A stretch of DNA of 64,000 nt from positions 1 to 64,000 of the forward strand of contig CAZQNA010000005.1 of NCBI GenBank assembly GCA_964594835.1, in the 5' to 3' direction. Numbering within the stretch: position 1 is the stretch's first letter; every line of letters starts with the position of its first letter. The translations under genes were made by a program, and so were the position numbers. Under the pieces are notes generated by a model that worked only from the letters and a program-made list of their open reading frames with translations, did no database searches and had not been told where the DNA came from. Positions 8,271 through 18,067 of this stretch are shown in pieces. The stretch comes from an uncultured Nitrososphaerota archaeon (GTDB lineage Archaea; Korarchaeota; Korarchaeia; Korarchaeales; Korarchaeaceae).

Positions 8271-9611
8271 TCAGCGCCCCGCAACCTCCCCTATCGTCTC
8301 CTCCAGGATGTCGAGGCCCACGTCGACCTCTTCCTCCGTGATTATCAGCGGAGGGGCAAGTCTGAGGCTGGACTTGCCGGCTCCCAGAAGTAGCAGGCCC
8401 TTCTTGAAGGCCTCCTGCACGATCTTCCCCCTCTCCTTGACGGCGGGCTCCTTGGTGCGCCTGTCCTTCACGAACTCGACGCCCACCATCAGGCCGATCC
8501 CCCTAACGTCTCCTATGATCTCGTGCCTCTCCTGCATATCCCTCAGCCTCTTGATCATGTGCTCCCCCACCCTCCTGGCGTTCTCGAGCAGCCCCTCCCT
8601 CTCGATGATGTCGATGACGGTAAGGGCCACGCTGGCCAGCACCGGGTTCCCGCCCAACGTGTTCTCGTGGGCCCCAGGTCCCCACTCCAGTATCTCAGAC
8701 CTGGCGACGCAGGCGCCGAACGGGAAGCCGGCGGCTATGGCCTTGGAGATCAGCACGACATCAGGGTCAACGCCGAAGTGCTCTATCGCCCACCACCTCC
8801 CGGTCCTGCCCATGCCGGCCTGGACCTCGTCGTCCATGAGGACTATGCCGTGCTCGTCGGCTATCCTCCTGAGCTTCCTGACCCACTCCGCGGGCGGCAC
8901 GATGTACCCGCCAGCCCCCTGGACGGGCTCGAAGAGTATCCCAGCAACCTCGTCCGGCGGGGCCACGTGCCCGAGGATCTCGTTCTCTAGGTAGTCGAGA
9001 CATGCGAGTCCGCACTCCGGGTATCCCTCCCTGTGGCCCAGCGGGCACCTGTAGCAGTAGGGATAGGGGGCGTGCACAACGCCGGGCATCATGGGCTGGA
9101 ACCTCCTCCTGGCGGCAGGTGAGGTTGTAGTGAAGGCCAGGGAGCCCATGGTCCTCCCGTGGAAGCCGTTGATGAACCCGACGAAGTAGTACCTCTGGGT
9201 GTAGTACCTCGCGGCCTTGATCCCGCACTCAACGGCCTCGGTCCCGCTGTTCGTGAAGAACACCCTCTTCTTGAAGTCCCCCGGCGTGATCTCCGTGAGC
9301 TTCTTCGCCAGGTGAATCTGCGGGATTGTGTAGAAGTCGCAGCTGTTCACGAAGATGAGCCGGTCAACCTCCCTCTTCACAGTCTCGACGACCCTCGGGT
9401 GCCTGTGTCCCACGTTGGTGACTGCTATGCCCGATCCGAAATCCAAGTACTCGTTCCCGTCCGGATCCCTCACCCACACACCCCCGGCCTCGTATCCCAC
9501 GAGGGGGGCGGTCCTGGTGAGGGCGGGAGAGAGGTACTGGTGATCCATCTCAATGAGTTCCCTTGCCTTGGGTCCCGGGGGCTCAACCACGATCTTCGGC
9601 TTGCGAACCAT
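8271..9611 (-). CDS. Class III PLP aminotransferase (4-aminobutyrate/acetylornithine family)
   Basis: NSGTEAVE, FHGRTMG, DEVQAGMGRTG and SKAIAAG; ATG at 9611 after a GAGGTGA SD. Confidence 0.92.
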   Translation of the reverse strand: MVRKPKIVVEPPGPKARELIEMDHQYLSPALTRTAPLVGYEAGGVWVRDPDGNEYLDFGSGIAVTNVGHRHPRVVETVKREVDRLIFVNSCDFYTIPQIHLAKKLTEITPGDFKKRVFFTNSGTEAVECGIKAARYYTQRYYFVGFINGFHGRTMGSLAFTTTSPAARRRFQPMMPGVVHAPYPYCYRCPLGHREGYPECGLACLDYLENEILGHVAPPDEVAGILFEPVQGAGGYIVPPAEWVRKLRRIADEHGIVLMDDEVQAGMGRTGRWWAIEHFGVDPDVVLISKAIAAGFPFGACVARSEILEWGPGAHENTLGGNPVLASVALTVIDIIEREGLLENARRVGEHMIKRLRDMQERHEIIGDVRGIGLMVGVEFVKDRRTKEPAVKERGKIVQEAFKKGLLLLGAGKSSLRLAPPLIITEEEVDVGLDILEETIGEVAGR

Positions 9612-9712
9612 GCGATCACCTCTGGCGTGGGGTCCAGGATGCCCGGTCCTGGTGCTCAATAACTTTACCTCGGAGAGAGGCCGTCGTCCGAGCCGCCTTC
9701 TCCCTAGGGGGA

Positions 9713-10366
9713 TCAGTCTGGCTGCTTAACGGCCGCAAGGCAGTGAAAGCCCATCTCCAGGTCCAAACCAGGACTTGGCTCCTCAAACACGTAGGGGCCA
9801 TCGCCCGGCGGTCTGGATATCGTTGAACTCCACCCGACTGGTTTCAGGCCTGACTCCCTAACGAGGCGAATCAACTCACTTGACGAGAAGAATCTGGCGG
9901 CCCTGTAGAAGGGATGGCCGCTCTCCTTCTTGCTCAGGTAGAACTTGCCCCAGGGACTCTCCTTGAGGACCAGGCCCAGCACGAGCCCCCCTCCGGGCTT
10001 GAGGACCCTGCTTGCCTCTCTGAGGGCTCTCTTGGGATCGTCGAGGAAGCATATGGTGACCACCATCACCACGGCCCCGACGATCGAGTCCCCGAGCGGC
10101 AGGCTCTCGGCCCTCGCCCTGATCACTTCTACCCCCCTGCGCCTGGCCAGCCTCAGGGGGGCGAGGGCCGGGTCGATCCCCACGTCGATCTCCAGTCCCT
10201 CGGCGAACCTCCCAGAGCCCACTCCTACCTCAACCCACGGTCTGGGGAACCCTTTCAGCATCCTCCGAACGCAGGCGAGTTCCGACTCAAAGAGCGGCAC
10301 GTTCTCCGGTCTGTCATACCATGCGTCGTACCTGCGGCCCAGCCTTTCAAAGATCCTGTAGCTCAG
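9713..10366 (-). CDS. Class I SAM-dependent methyltransferase
   Basis: YDAWY, EVGVGSGRF and RVLKPGG; start uncertain (CTG 10366 or TTG 10384). Confidence 0.85.
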   Translation of the reverse strand: MSYRIFERLGRRYDAWYDRPENVPLFESELACVRRMLKGFPRPWVEVGVGSGRFAEGLEIDVGIDPALAPLRLARRRGVEVIRARAESLPLGDSIVGAVVMVVTICFLDDPKRALREASRVLKPGGGLVLGLVLKESPWGKFYLSKKESGHPFYRAARFFSSSELIRLVRESGLKPVGWSSTISRPPGDGPYVFEEPSPGLDLEMGFHCLAAVKQPD

Positions 10367-10437
10367 GCCGACCCCCCGGCCCAAGACTTGACGCACCCTT
10401 TTAACGTTCCCCGACGCCCCCGCCCGGTGATCGACCC

Positions 10438-11781
10438 GTGAGAGACCTCGACTACCTCTTCAACCCGAGGTCGGTGGCCGTCGTGGGCGCGTCAAGAACC
10501 CCCGGGAAGCTGGGGTATGAGATACTGAAGAACATCATCGAGGCGGGCTTTCAAGGAGAGGTCTACCCGGTGAACCCGAAGGCCGACGAGATAATGGGGC
10601 TGAAGTGTTACCACTCCGTCTCCGAGGTTCCGGGCCCCGTTGACCTGGCCGTGGTAGTCATCCCCGCCAGGTTCGTGCCCGACGCGGTGGAGGAGGCGGT
10701 CGAGAATGGGGTAAGGGGGTTCGTCGTGATCTCGGGCGGGTTCAGGGAGGTAGGCGGCGAGGGGGTCGAGCTGGAGGAGAGGCTCGTTCGGGCGGTGAGG
10801 GAGGGCGGGGCCAGACTCATCGGGCCGAACTGCCAGGGCGTCAACAACCCGCACGTCGGCCTCTGCGCCACCTGGCCGCTCTCCACCAGGAGGGGGCCCG
10901 TGGCAGTGGTCTCTCAGAGCGGGACCGTCGCGGCCTTCATGGCCACCGGCCTCGAGGGAGAAGGCATAGGCATGAGCAAGTTCGCCGCCCTGGGCAACAA
11001 GGCCGACGTGGACGAGGTGGACATGCTGGAGTACCTCGCGGACGACCCGGACACCCGCGTCGTGGCCCTCTACCTGGAGGGGACTTCGAGGGGCAGGGAG
11101 CTGATGGAGGCCCTCAGGAGGTGCGCCTCCAGGAAGCCAGTCGTGGTGATCAAGGCTGGCAGGACTAAGGCCGGCGCCGAGGCCGTGGCGTCGCACACGG
11201 GGACGCTCGCCGGCTCAGCAGAGGTGTACGACGCCGTGTTCAGGCAGACCGGCGCCATCTCTGTCGCGACGCTGGAGGAGTTCTTCGACGCCTCGAAGGC
11301 GCTCGCCTCCTTCAGGCCGCCTAGGGGGCCCAGGGTAATGGTGATAACCAGCTCCGGGGGATCGGGGATACTCGCAGCCGACGCCGTGGAGTCGAGAGGA
11401 ATGAGGCTGGCCAGGCTGCCCGAGGAAATCCTGGAGAGGCTCAGGGAGGAGCTTCCCGATTTCTGCGTCATAAGGAACCCGCTTGATCTGACGGGAAGCG
11501 CGTACGCTGAACTCTACGACAGGGCCATGGAGCTGACCAGGGACTGCGAAGAGATCGACGCCTACGTGGTGATATTCGGGGACCCGATTCCAGGGGCCTT
11601 CGAAGTCATTCAGAGGCACGTGAGAGAGACGGACAAGCCGATACTCACGGCCTACCTGGGCGGAGGGGAGGTGGAGGCCGAGGAGAGGAGGAAGTTCTAC
11701 GAGGCCGGCGTCCCGATCTACCCGACTCCAGAGAGGGCCGTGGGCGCCCTTTACGCCCTGTGGAGGGCCAGGAGTTTGTAA
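10438..11781 (+). CDS. acdA: ADP-forming acyl-CoA synthetase, alpha subunit
   Basis: VVGAS, YPVNP, GPNC, SQSG, ASHTG (phospho-His) and NPLDL. Confidence 0.92.
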   Translation: MRDLDYLFNPRSVAVVGASRTPGKLGYEILKNIIEAGFQGEVYPVNPKADEIMGLKCYHSVSEVPGPVDLAVVVIPARFVPDAVEEAVENGVRGFVVISGGFREVGGEGVELEERLVRAVREGGARLIGPNCQGVNNPHVGLCATWPLSTRRGPVAVVSQSGTVAAFMATGLEGEGIGMSKFAALGNKADVDEVDMLEYLADDPDTRVVALYLEGTSRGRELMEALRRCASRKPVVVIKAGRTKAGAEAVASHTGTLAGSAEVYDAVFRQTGAISVATLEEFFDASKALASFRPPRGPRVMVITSSGGSGILAADAVESRGMRLARLPEEILERLREELPDFCVIRNPLDLTGSAYAELYDRAMELTRDCEEIDAYVVIFGDPIPGAFEVIQRHVRETDKPILTAYLGGGEVEAEERRKFYEAGVPIYPTPERAVGALYALWRARSL

Positions 11782-11868
11782 TCCGGCCGCCTGAATGGCC
11801 TGGCAGGGGCCGCCGGTGGCGGGGCCACTATTTTTTACAGTCAGGTCTCGGGCCCGTCTGGGTCCACG

Positions 11869-13836
11869 TTGAGGATCGAAGAGGACGCCCCCGGGAAGAG
11901 AGTGCTCCTCATGGGGAACCACGCGGTCGCCAGGGGGGCCATAGAGGCCGGAGTGCAGCTTGTGTCTGGCTATCCCGGCACGCCCTCCTCGGAGGTGATT
12001 GAGGCCCTCAGCCAGGCGGACATAGACGCTCACGTCGAGTGGGCGACCAACGAGAAGGTCGCGTTTGACGTGGCCGTCGGCGGCGCGATCGTCGGCGCGA
12101 GGTCCATGGCCACGATGAAGAACGCGGGCCTGAACTGGATAATGGACATGCTGATGACCGTCGTCTACGGCGGGGTCAGGGGAGGGCTCGTGGTATACGT
12201 CGCCGACGACCCCGGAGCCCACTACTCGTCCAACGAGCAGGACACAAGGATGGTCGCCATGTACGCCAAGATTCCCTGCTTGGAGCCGGCGAACCAGCAG
12301 GAGGCCAAGGACCTCACCAAGATGTCCTTTGACCTCTCAGAGAGGCTCGAGCTTCCCGTGATGGTCCGCTCGCTGACCAGGATCAGCCACTCGAGCGGGG
12401 ACGTCACGCTCGGCGAGATAAGGAGGGAGAGGAACAGGCTCGCCTTCGACAGGCACTGGAAGATGCCCTACAGGTGGAACGTCTACGGCCCTCCTGGACC
12501 GGTGGCCAAGCACAAGTGGCTGTTCGAGCAGCTCCCAAGGGCAAGAGAGGCCGTTGAGGAGATAGGAGAGCCCTTCAACGTGCTGGAGCTTAGAGACTCT
12601 GAGTTCGGGGTGGTCGCCTGCGGGATAGCCTACGGCTACGTGAGGGAGGCCATCGAGCGCCTGGGCATCGAGGTCAACCTCCTAAAGCTCGCCACTCCCT
12701 TCCCGCTGCCGGAGTCCAAGGTCAGGAGGCTGATCGAGAACTCCAAGAAGATCCTCGTCGTCGAGGAGAACGAGCCGGTGGTCGAGCTCCAGCTGAGGGA
12801 CCTCGCTCAGAGGATGCACGCGGACGTCGAGATCTACGGGAGGCACGAGAACTCACTGATAGAGCCGTACGACGAACTCTCACACAACAGGGTCACGGCG
12901 GCGATCGCGAAGCTGGCGGGGGTGGAGTTCAAGCCCCTCAAGCCGGCTGGAGAGGCCCTGAAGGACCTCGTCGCCCCCAGGTCCTCGATGCTCTGCGCCG
13001 GGTGCCCGCACCTCGGGACCTACTGGGGCCTCAAGCTCGCCCTGGCTAGGAAGGGAGGAAAGGTCCCAATAGTGAACGGGGACATAGGGTGCTACGAGCA
13101 GGGAGGATACGGCATAGTGGCCAAGAGGGTGGAGCCCAGCTTCTCCGAGGAGTCCAGGAAGTACCTGGCCGAGGCTCCCTACGAGATGATAGACACCAAC
13201 TACATCATGGGCGGCGGGTTCGGCACCTCGATCGGCGAGTACCAGGCCGGGTACGGGGACGGGAAGATAGTGGGCCTCGCCGGGGACTCCACGTTCTTCC
13301 ACGCCGACCTCCCTGCCGTGGTGGAGGCCGTGATGAACAAGGCCAAGGTGCTCCTCCTGGTGATGGACAACAGGTGGACCGCCATGACCGGCCACCAGCC
13401 GAGCCCCACCACGGGCATTACCGCCAGACGGCAGCCTACGAATAGGCTGGACATCGAGGAGGTTGCCAGGTCTATGGGCGTCCGCTTCATCAGGAGGGCA
13501 GACCCGTGGGATCTCAAGGCCATCCAGCAGGCGATAGAGGAGGCCCTCGACTACCTGTCCAGCCCTGAGGCCGACGGCCCCGCGCTGGTGATCGCGGACA
13601 AGGTGTGCACTCTGCAGGCCATGAGGCTGAAGGAGTACAGGCCCACGAAGACCTACGTCGTCATCCCAGACAAGTGCATCGGCTGCAAGCTCTGCGTGCA
13701 GTTTGGCTGTCCGGCGAACGCGTTCGATGTGGACACTAACAAGGCCTTCATCGACCAAGTGCTGTGCGTCGGCTGCGGCATGTGCGCCCAATTGTGCCCG
13801 ACCGACGCAATAGTTCCGAAGGAGGAGGGCTCTTGA
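11869..13836 (+). CDS. iorA: Indolepyruvate:ferredoxin oxidoreductase alpha subunit
   Basis: GYPGTPSSE, NEKVA, SSNEQD, LCAGCPH, GDSTFFH and a C-terminal 2x[4Fe-4S] domain. Confidence 0.92.
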   Translation: MRIEEDAPGKRVLLMGNHAVARGAIEAGVQLVSGYPGTPSSEVIEALSQADIDAHVEWATNEKVAFDVAVGGAIVGARSMATMKNAGLNWIMDMLMTVVYGGVRGGLVVYVADDPGAHYSSNEQDTRMVAMYAKIPCLEPANQQEAKDLTKMSFDLSERLELPVMVRSLTRISHSSGDVTLGEIRRERNRLAFDRHWKMPYRWNVYGPPGPVAKHKWLFEQLPRAREAVEEIGEPFNVLELRDSEFGVVACGIAYGYVREAIERLGIEVNLLKLATPFPLPESKVRRLIENSKKILVVEENEPVVELQLRDLAQRMHADVEIYGRHENSLIEPYDELSHNRVTAAIAKLAGVEFKPLKPAGEALKDLVAPRSSMLCAGCPHLGTYWGLKLALARKGGKVPIVNGDIGCYEQGGYGIVAKRVEPSFSEESRKYLAEAPYEMIDTNYIMGGGFGTSIGEYQAGYGDGKIVGLAGDSTFFHADLPAVVEAVMNKAKVLLLVMDNRWTAMTGHQPSPTTGITARRQPTNRLDIEEVARSMGVRFIRRADPWDLKAIQQAIEEALDYLSSPEADGPALVIADKVCTLQAMRLKEYRPTKTYVVIPDKCIGCKLCVQFGCPANAFDVDTNKAFIDQVLCVGCGMCAQLCPTDAIVPKEEGS

Positions 13837-13848
13837 GGGGGTGATCTC

Positions 13849-14469
13849 ATGGGAGAGAGAGTGGGGGCGGGAAAAGACGTCTTTCAGATGCTGGTTGCCG
13901 GCGTCGGCGGTCAGGGTTCCGTCTTGATATCCCACGTGATCGCCGACGCGGCCATCAGGTCGGGCTACCGGGTGAGGGTCGGCGAGAAGTTCGGCGCAGC
14001 CATGAGGGGAGGCGCCGTCTCCAGCCACATCAGGATGTTCAGGGAGGGCGACCTGGCCCCGCTGATCCCCGAGGGGGAGGCGGACGCCGTGATGGCGCTG
14101 GAGCCGCTGGAGGGGCTCAGGGTGTCGGCGACCTACCTGAGGCCGGGAGGGGTCGTCGTCATGAACGTCGTCCCCGTGTACCCCATGGACGTCAACGCTG
14201 GCTGGGCCAGGTACCCCGACGTCGACGCCATAGTGGAGGGCCTGAGGGGGATGGGGGCCAAGGTTCACACCCTCAACGCCACGGAACTCGCCATTCAGGC
14301 CGGAACGGCCAAGGCCATGAACTCCGTCGTACTAGGCGCCTTCAATGCGACCGGCGTCCTCCCGATCGACAGGGAGGTGCTGCTGGAGGCTCTCATGGAG
14401 GGGGTCCCGAGCGGGACTCAGGAGGTCAACAGGAGGGCGTTCGAGCTCGGAGAGTCAGCCGTTCGGTGA
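13849..14469 (+). CDS. iorB: Indolepyruvate:ferredoxin oxidoreductase beta subunit
   Basis: GVGGQG, RGGAVSSHIR and NRRAFELG; follows iorA. Confidence 0.9.
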   Translation: MGERVGAGKDVFQMLVAGVGGQGSVLISHVIADAAIRSGYRVRVGEKFGAAMRGGAVSSHIRMFREGDLAPLIPEGEADAVMALEPLEGLRVSATYLRPGGVVVMNVVPVYPMDVNAGWARYPDVDAIVEGLRGMGAKVHTLNATELAIQAGTAKAMNSVVLGAFNATGVLPIDREVLLEALMEGVPSGTQEVNRRAFELGESAVR

Positions 14470-14531
14470 CCCCCCACGCCACCTTTCTTTCCACCGTCCC
14501 CGAGGTTCGAGGATAATCCCAGCTGGATCCG

Positions 14532-15005
14532 TCAGCAGCCGACGAGGGTCCTCTTCAGCTCATCCACCCCCTGTCCGGTGTTGGCGCTCACCAGGATGAC
14601 TCCCTCCGCGCCTAGTTCGGAGGCGATCCTCCTGATCTCCTCCCGGTCCACCCTCATCCCCAGGTCCATCTTGTTTCCCACGAGGATGATCTTAGCTCCG
14701 CCCGCGCCGGACACGGCCGCCCACTCCCTCAGCGAGTAGAGGGTGCTGGGCCGGCTCACGTCGAACACGAGGAGGACCAGGTTCGCCCCCCTCCCCATGC
14801 CCTCCACGATCGGCCTGAACCGATCCTGGCCGGCGAAGTCGAAGACGACGAGCTTCACGTTCCCCTCCCTCACGGTGAAGAACTCGATGCCGATGGTCAT
14901 CCTCGTGTCCTCCGTGTACTTCCCGGCCAGCCTCTTTGCCAGGGTGGTCTTCCCTACGCCGCTGTTCCCGGCCAGGACCACCTTCTTCCTCACGACTTCC
15001 GTCAT
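14532..15005 (-). CDS. Ras-superfamily (Rab-like) small GTPase
   Basis: G1 GNSGVGKT, G2 TIGIEF, G3 DFAGQDRF, G4 NKMD, G5 SAN. Confidence 0.9.
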   Translation of the reverse strand: MTEVVRKKVVLAGNSGVGKTTLAKRLAGKYTEDTRMTIGIEFFTVREGNVKLVVFDFAGQDRFRPIVEGMGRGANLVLLVFDVSRPSTLYSLREWAAVSGAGGAKIILVGNKMDLGMRVDREEIRRIASELGAEGVILVSANTGQGVDELKRTLVGC

Positions 15006-15006
15006 C

Positions 15007-16074
15007 TCATTCCCTCCTACTCGCCCTCAAGAACACTACACCCCTTCCCTTGATCAGAACCCTCACGCTGTAGCCCGCCAACCTCAGAGAGGTCTGGAGT
15101 TCCTCCATCCTGGGCGGGAGGCGCCCCCCCAGGAGGGCGTACAGGATACCTATAACCCGTGAGTCCCCCTCCCAGACCGACTGGAGGAGGAACACCGGGG
15201 CCTCCTCCGCGAGGATGCCGTCGAGGGATCTCAGCAGAGTGTCCAGGCTTTCCTCCGTCCACTGGGAGACGTCTATCATCAGCGCTGCGTCTGCCTGTCC
15301 CTCGACGATCCCCGAGGCCGATCGAATGGCCTCCCCGAAAGCGTCCAGTTCTGACTCCACGAACCTCAGCCTCTTGACCTCGGGGGGCCTCATGGTCGAG
15401 ACGACCAGGCGGGCCAGTCTAAGGTCTCCAGGCGGGACGCCGGCCACGATCTTTGCTCCGATGAGCTTGAGGGCGTCTGAGGCTATGATGCCTAGCCCAG
15501 ACCAGGGGAGGAGGACCGTCGCAGGTATCAGGCCCACGTCAGCCCACCTCCTTATGAGGGGGGCGTTGGTGATCCCCAATCCCAGGAGGGCCACGGCTGA
15601 CTGGAATCGGGCAATGGGATTGTCGTACATGGCCAGAATAGCCAATCTCCTCGTTGTCCTGTTTACCCTGGGCCTCACCCCGGAGATCAGGAGGTCGGGG
15701 AGCTGCTCGAATGCCGGTCGGAGAGACCTGACTATCTTGTCGACCCACTCGATGGTCTCAGGGGGCGGGACCAGCTCGAAGAGCCTGCTGATCCTCCCGC
15801 CGGATATCCTGAGGTACCCCCCTCTGGCCATTCCCTCCACTATGGACTCCATCAGGTCGGGGGAGGCGGAGACCTCCCTGAGCCTGGACAGGCTCACTCC
15901 CTCCATTCTCCTTGTCAACCCGGCCGCGTAGAGGGCCCGGTAACACTCGTAGCCGATGGATTTGATCAGGCTCTCGTGCCCGGCGGCCATGTCGTTCGGG
16001 CCGATGCCGGCGTACCCCAGGGCTCGCGCCTCGATGAGCTCAGGGGCGGAACCGGTTATGAGGGACCCGTACAG
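15007..16074 (-). CDS. Degenerate methyltransferase-fold protein with N-terminal winged helix (paralog 2)
   Basis: Shares LAMYDNP, LLPWSGLG, D..QW and LQ motifs with 16076-17095; the CTG at 16074 aligns residue-for-residue with the paralog start. Confidence 0.6.
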   Translation of the reverse strand: MYGSLITGSAPELIEARALGYAGIGPNDMAAGHESLIKSIGYECYRALYAAGLTRRMEGVSLSRLREVSASPDLMESIVEGMARGGYLRISGGRISRLFELVPPPETIEWVDKIVRSLRPAFEQLPDLLISGVRPRVNRTTRRLAILAMYDNPIARFQSAVALLGLGITNAPLIRRWADVGLIPATVLLPWSGLGIIASDALKLIGAKIVAGVPPGDLRLARLVVSTMRPPEVKRLRFVESELDAFGEAIRSASGIVEGQADAALMIDVSQWTEESLDTLLRSLDGILAEEAPVFLLQSVWEGDSRVIGILYALLGGRLPPRMEELQTSLRLAGYSVRVLIKGRGVVFLRASRRE

Positions 16075-16075
16075 C

Positions 16076-17095
16076 TCACCTCACCCCCGTGGCCACCTCA
16101 ATGGCTGCCGCGCTCCCAGTCCTCGATACGCTCCTCCACCTGAGCCTAGCCCTCTCGAGAGCCCTCTCTAGTTCCTCCCAGCTTGGGGGGAGGTTGGCGC
16201 CGAGCAGCTTACCCAATATAACCATTGGGAGGCTCTCCCTCGACCTGAGGGTCTGGAGGATGAAAACCCTCCCCCCAGACCTCACCCCAGCCACGGCCGA
16301 CCTGACCGTCGTCAGGGGGGCGTTGGCCCACTGGACGGCGTCGAGCAGCAAGGCGGCCGCCGGGGACTCCCCCACCTCTTGGGCCCTGATGCACTCCAGA
16401 CCGGCCCTGTCGGGCTCTGCGGAAAACAGCCTGAGAGAGGACCCCTCGTAGACGCCCCTCGTCCTCAGGGCCAGTCTGACGAGCCTCTCCAATCCCGGGG
16501 GGGCGGCGGCCATCATTCTCACCCCTGGGAGGGCGGACCTCAGGGACCAGACGTACTCCCCCAGGCCAGACCACGGGAGCAAGAGCGAGTCCACCCGTCC
16601 CTCGAGCCTAAAACCCTCCACCGCAAGGCCAACTTCCAGCGCGGTCAGCGGATTGTCGTACATGGCCAGAACGTGGGCTGGGTCGAGGGGGAACCTCTTT
16701 CCGGCTCTGACCACCTCCGCCAGGGAGTCGAACCTCTCCTCGACGAGGGTCAGCGCCCTGGCCAGCCATGGCACCGTGGGGGAGATCCTCTCGGGCTCCG
16801 CCTCGAAGGAGAGGATCTCGTGGTAGGACCTAAGCACCCCCGCGTCTGTGAGCAGGTCGAGGATCGAGTCCATGAGTTCCGGGTCGCGGACGGACCTCCT
16901 TATCCTCCTCCGGAAGTTCCCCTCGATCTCCTTCAGGAGGCCCGAGTCGGATATGGCGGCGTAAGTCCAGTAGACCACGTAATCCCTGAGCTCCTCGGCG
17001 GCCCTCCTCAGGTCGGCCTGGCTTAGCCCGGCTCTGCGCAGCGCGGAGGAGTAGGTCCCCCTCCCAAAGAGCCCCCGGGTGTAGAGGGCGTACAA
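16076..17095 (-). CDS. Degenerate methyltransferase-fold protein with N-terminal winged helix (paralog 1)
   Basis: LLPWSGLG at the motif-I position, LLDAVQW and VRSGGRVFILQ resemble class I MTase strands. Confidence 0.6.
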   Translation of the reverse strand: MYALYTRGLFGRGTYSSALRRAGLSQADLRRAAEELRDYVVYWTYAAISDSGLLKEIEGNFRRRIRRSVRDPELMDSILDLLTDAGVLRSYHEILSFEAEPERISPTVPWLARALTLVEERFDSLAEVVRAGKRFPLDPAHVLAMYDNPLTALEVGLAVEGFRLEGRVDSLLLPWSGLGEYVWSLRSALPGVRMMAAAPPGLERLVRLALRTRGVYEGSSLRLFSAEPDRAGLECIRAQEVGESPAAALLLDAVQWANAPLTTVRSAVAGVRSGGRVFILQTLRSRESLPMVILGKLLGANLPPSWEELERALERARLRWRSVSRTGSAAAIEVATGVR

Positions 17096-17109
17096 CGGGA
17101 CAACCCCCG

Positions 17110-17448
17110 CTAGGTCGCGGGTCGGGCCTTCCTCCTCACGACGCCGAGCTCCTCGAGGAGCATCAGGACGTCGATGTCCTCTGAGCTGGGCCTCACCCTG
17201 CCGGAGAGGAGGGCCCTGACCCTCTCCATGTCCACCCAGGAGGGCGCCAGCGGAGCCCTCTCCGGAACCAGCTCGAAGCCTACCCTCGCGAAGACGGACT
17301 CCGCGACGTCGACCTCTCGGACCATTCCCCCGCTCACCCAGATGACGAGGTCGTGGTCCTCGCCGCAGGGCAGGAAGAACCTACCGTCGGGGTGATCGGG
17401 GGGTATCTCGTGCATCCTCCCACACTTGGGGCACCTGACCCTGCGCAC
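17110..17448 (-). CDS. Small zinc-finger protein (CPKC...CGEDH)
   Basis: GTG start at 17448 after a GGGGG SD; CxxC plus CxxxH; first gene of the GTPase operon. Confidence 0.65.
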   Translation of the reverse strand: MRRVRCPKCGRMHEIPPDHPDGRFFLPCGEDHDLVIWVSGGMVREVDVAESVFARVGFELVPERAPLAPSWVDMERVRALLSGRVRPSSEDIDVLMLLEELGVVRRKARPAT

Positions 17449-17524
17449 GCCGGAACCCCCCGCACGGCCTCGGTCGGTCCTGACGGTGCTACATAATAAC
17501 GTCTCAGCGGCACCCGGGCGGGCG

Positions 17525-18064
17525 ATGCGAGAGGTGATCGCAGCCGTCGGGTCCGAGAACCCGGTGAAGGTCGAGGCCGCCAGGAGGGCGTTCTCGAGGG
17601 CATTCGGGTCAGTCAGGGTCGTGGCAGTTCGGGTGGACTCCGGGGTCCCGCTGCAGCCGATCAACGAGGAGGGGCTGGAGGGAGCAGTCAACCGGGCACG
17701 CAGGAGCCTGGCCCTCGTCGAGGGGGCGGAGTTCGGCGTCGGCATAGAGGGCGCCCTGGTCGAGCTCTATGGGCGGGAATTCTGCACGGGATTCGTGGTC
17801 GTCGTCCGTAGAGATGGCAGGATGGGAGTGGGGACGAGCGGCTGGTTTCAATGTCCCCAGTACGTCGTCAGGGGGATGCTGAAGGGCGAGGAACTTGGGG
17901 ACCTGATGGACGAGGTCGTGGGGAGGGTCGGCGTGAAGAGGGAGGAGGGCGCGATAGGCATCTTCACGCGCGGGTTGGTGACGAGGACCGACCTGTACGA
18001 GCACGGGATATACATGGCCCTCGCTCCGTTCCTGGGGGAGGGCCTGTGGGGAGAGAGAACCTGA
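17525..18064 (+). CDS. yjjX: Inosine/xanthosine triphosphatase (DUF84)
   Basis: GSENPVKV, SGVPLQP, GAVNRA, GIEGA and GAIGIFT. Confidence 0.92.
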   Translation: MREVIAAVGSENPVKVEAARRAFSRAFGSVRVVAVRVDSGVPLQPINEEGLEGAVNRARRSLALVEGAEFGVGIEGALVELYGREFCTGFVVVVRRDGRMGVGTSGWFQCPQYVVRGMLKGEELGDLMDEVVGRVGVKREEGAIGIFTRGLVTRTDLYEHGIYMALAPFLGEGLWGERT

Positions 18065-18067
18065 CCC

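Noticed and set aside
10438-11781. ACD alpha subunits without a neighbouring beta subunit (also 54382-55833)
   Set aside because: Several alpha subunits sharing unlinked beta subunits is the known arrangement in peptide-fermenting archaea such as Thermococcales.
12880-14268. 462-aa minus-strand ORF
   Set aside because: Antisense shadow of iorA and iorB.
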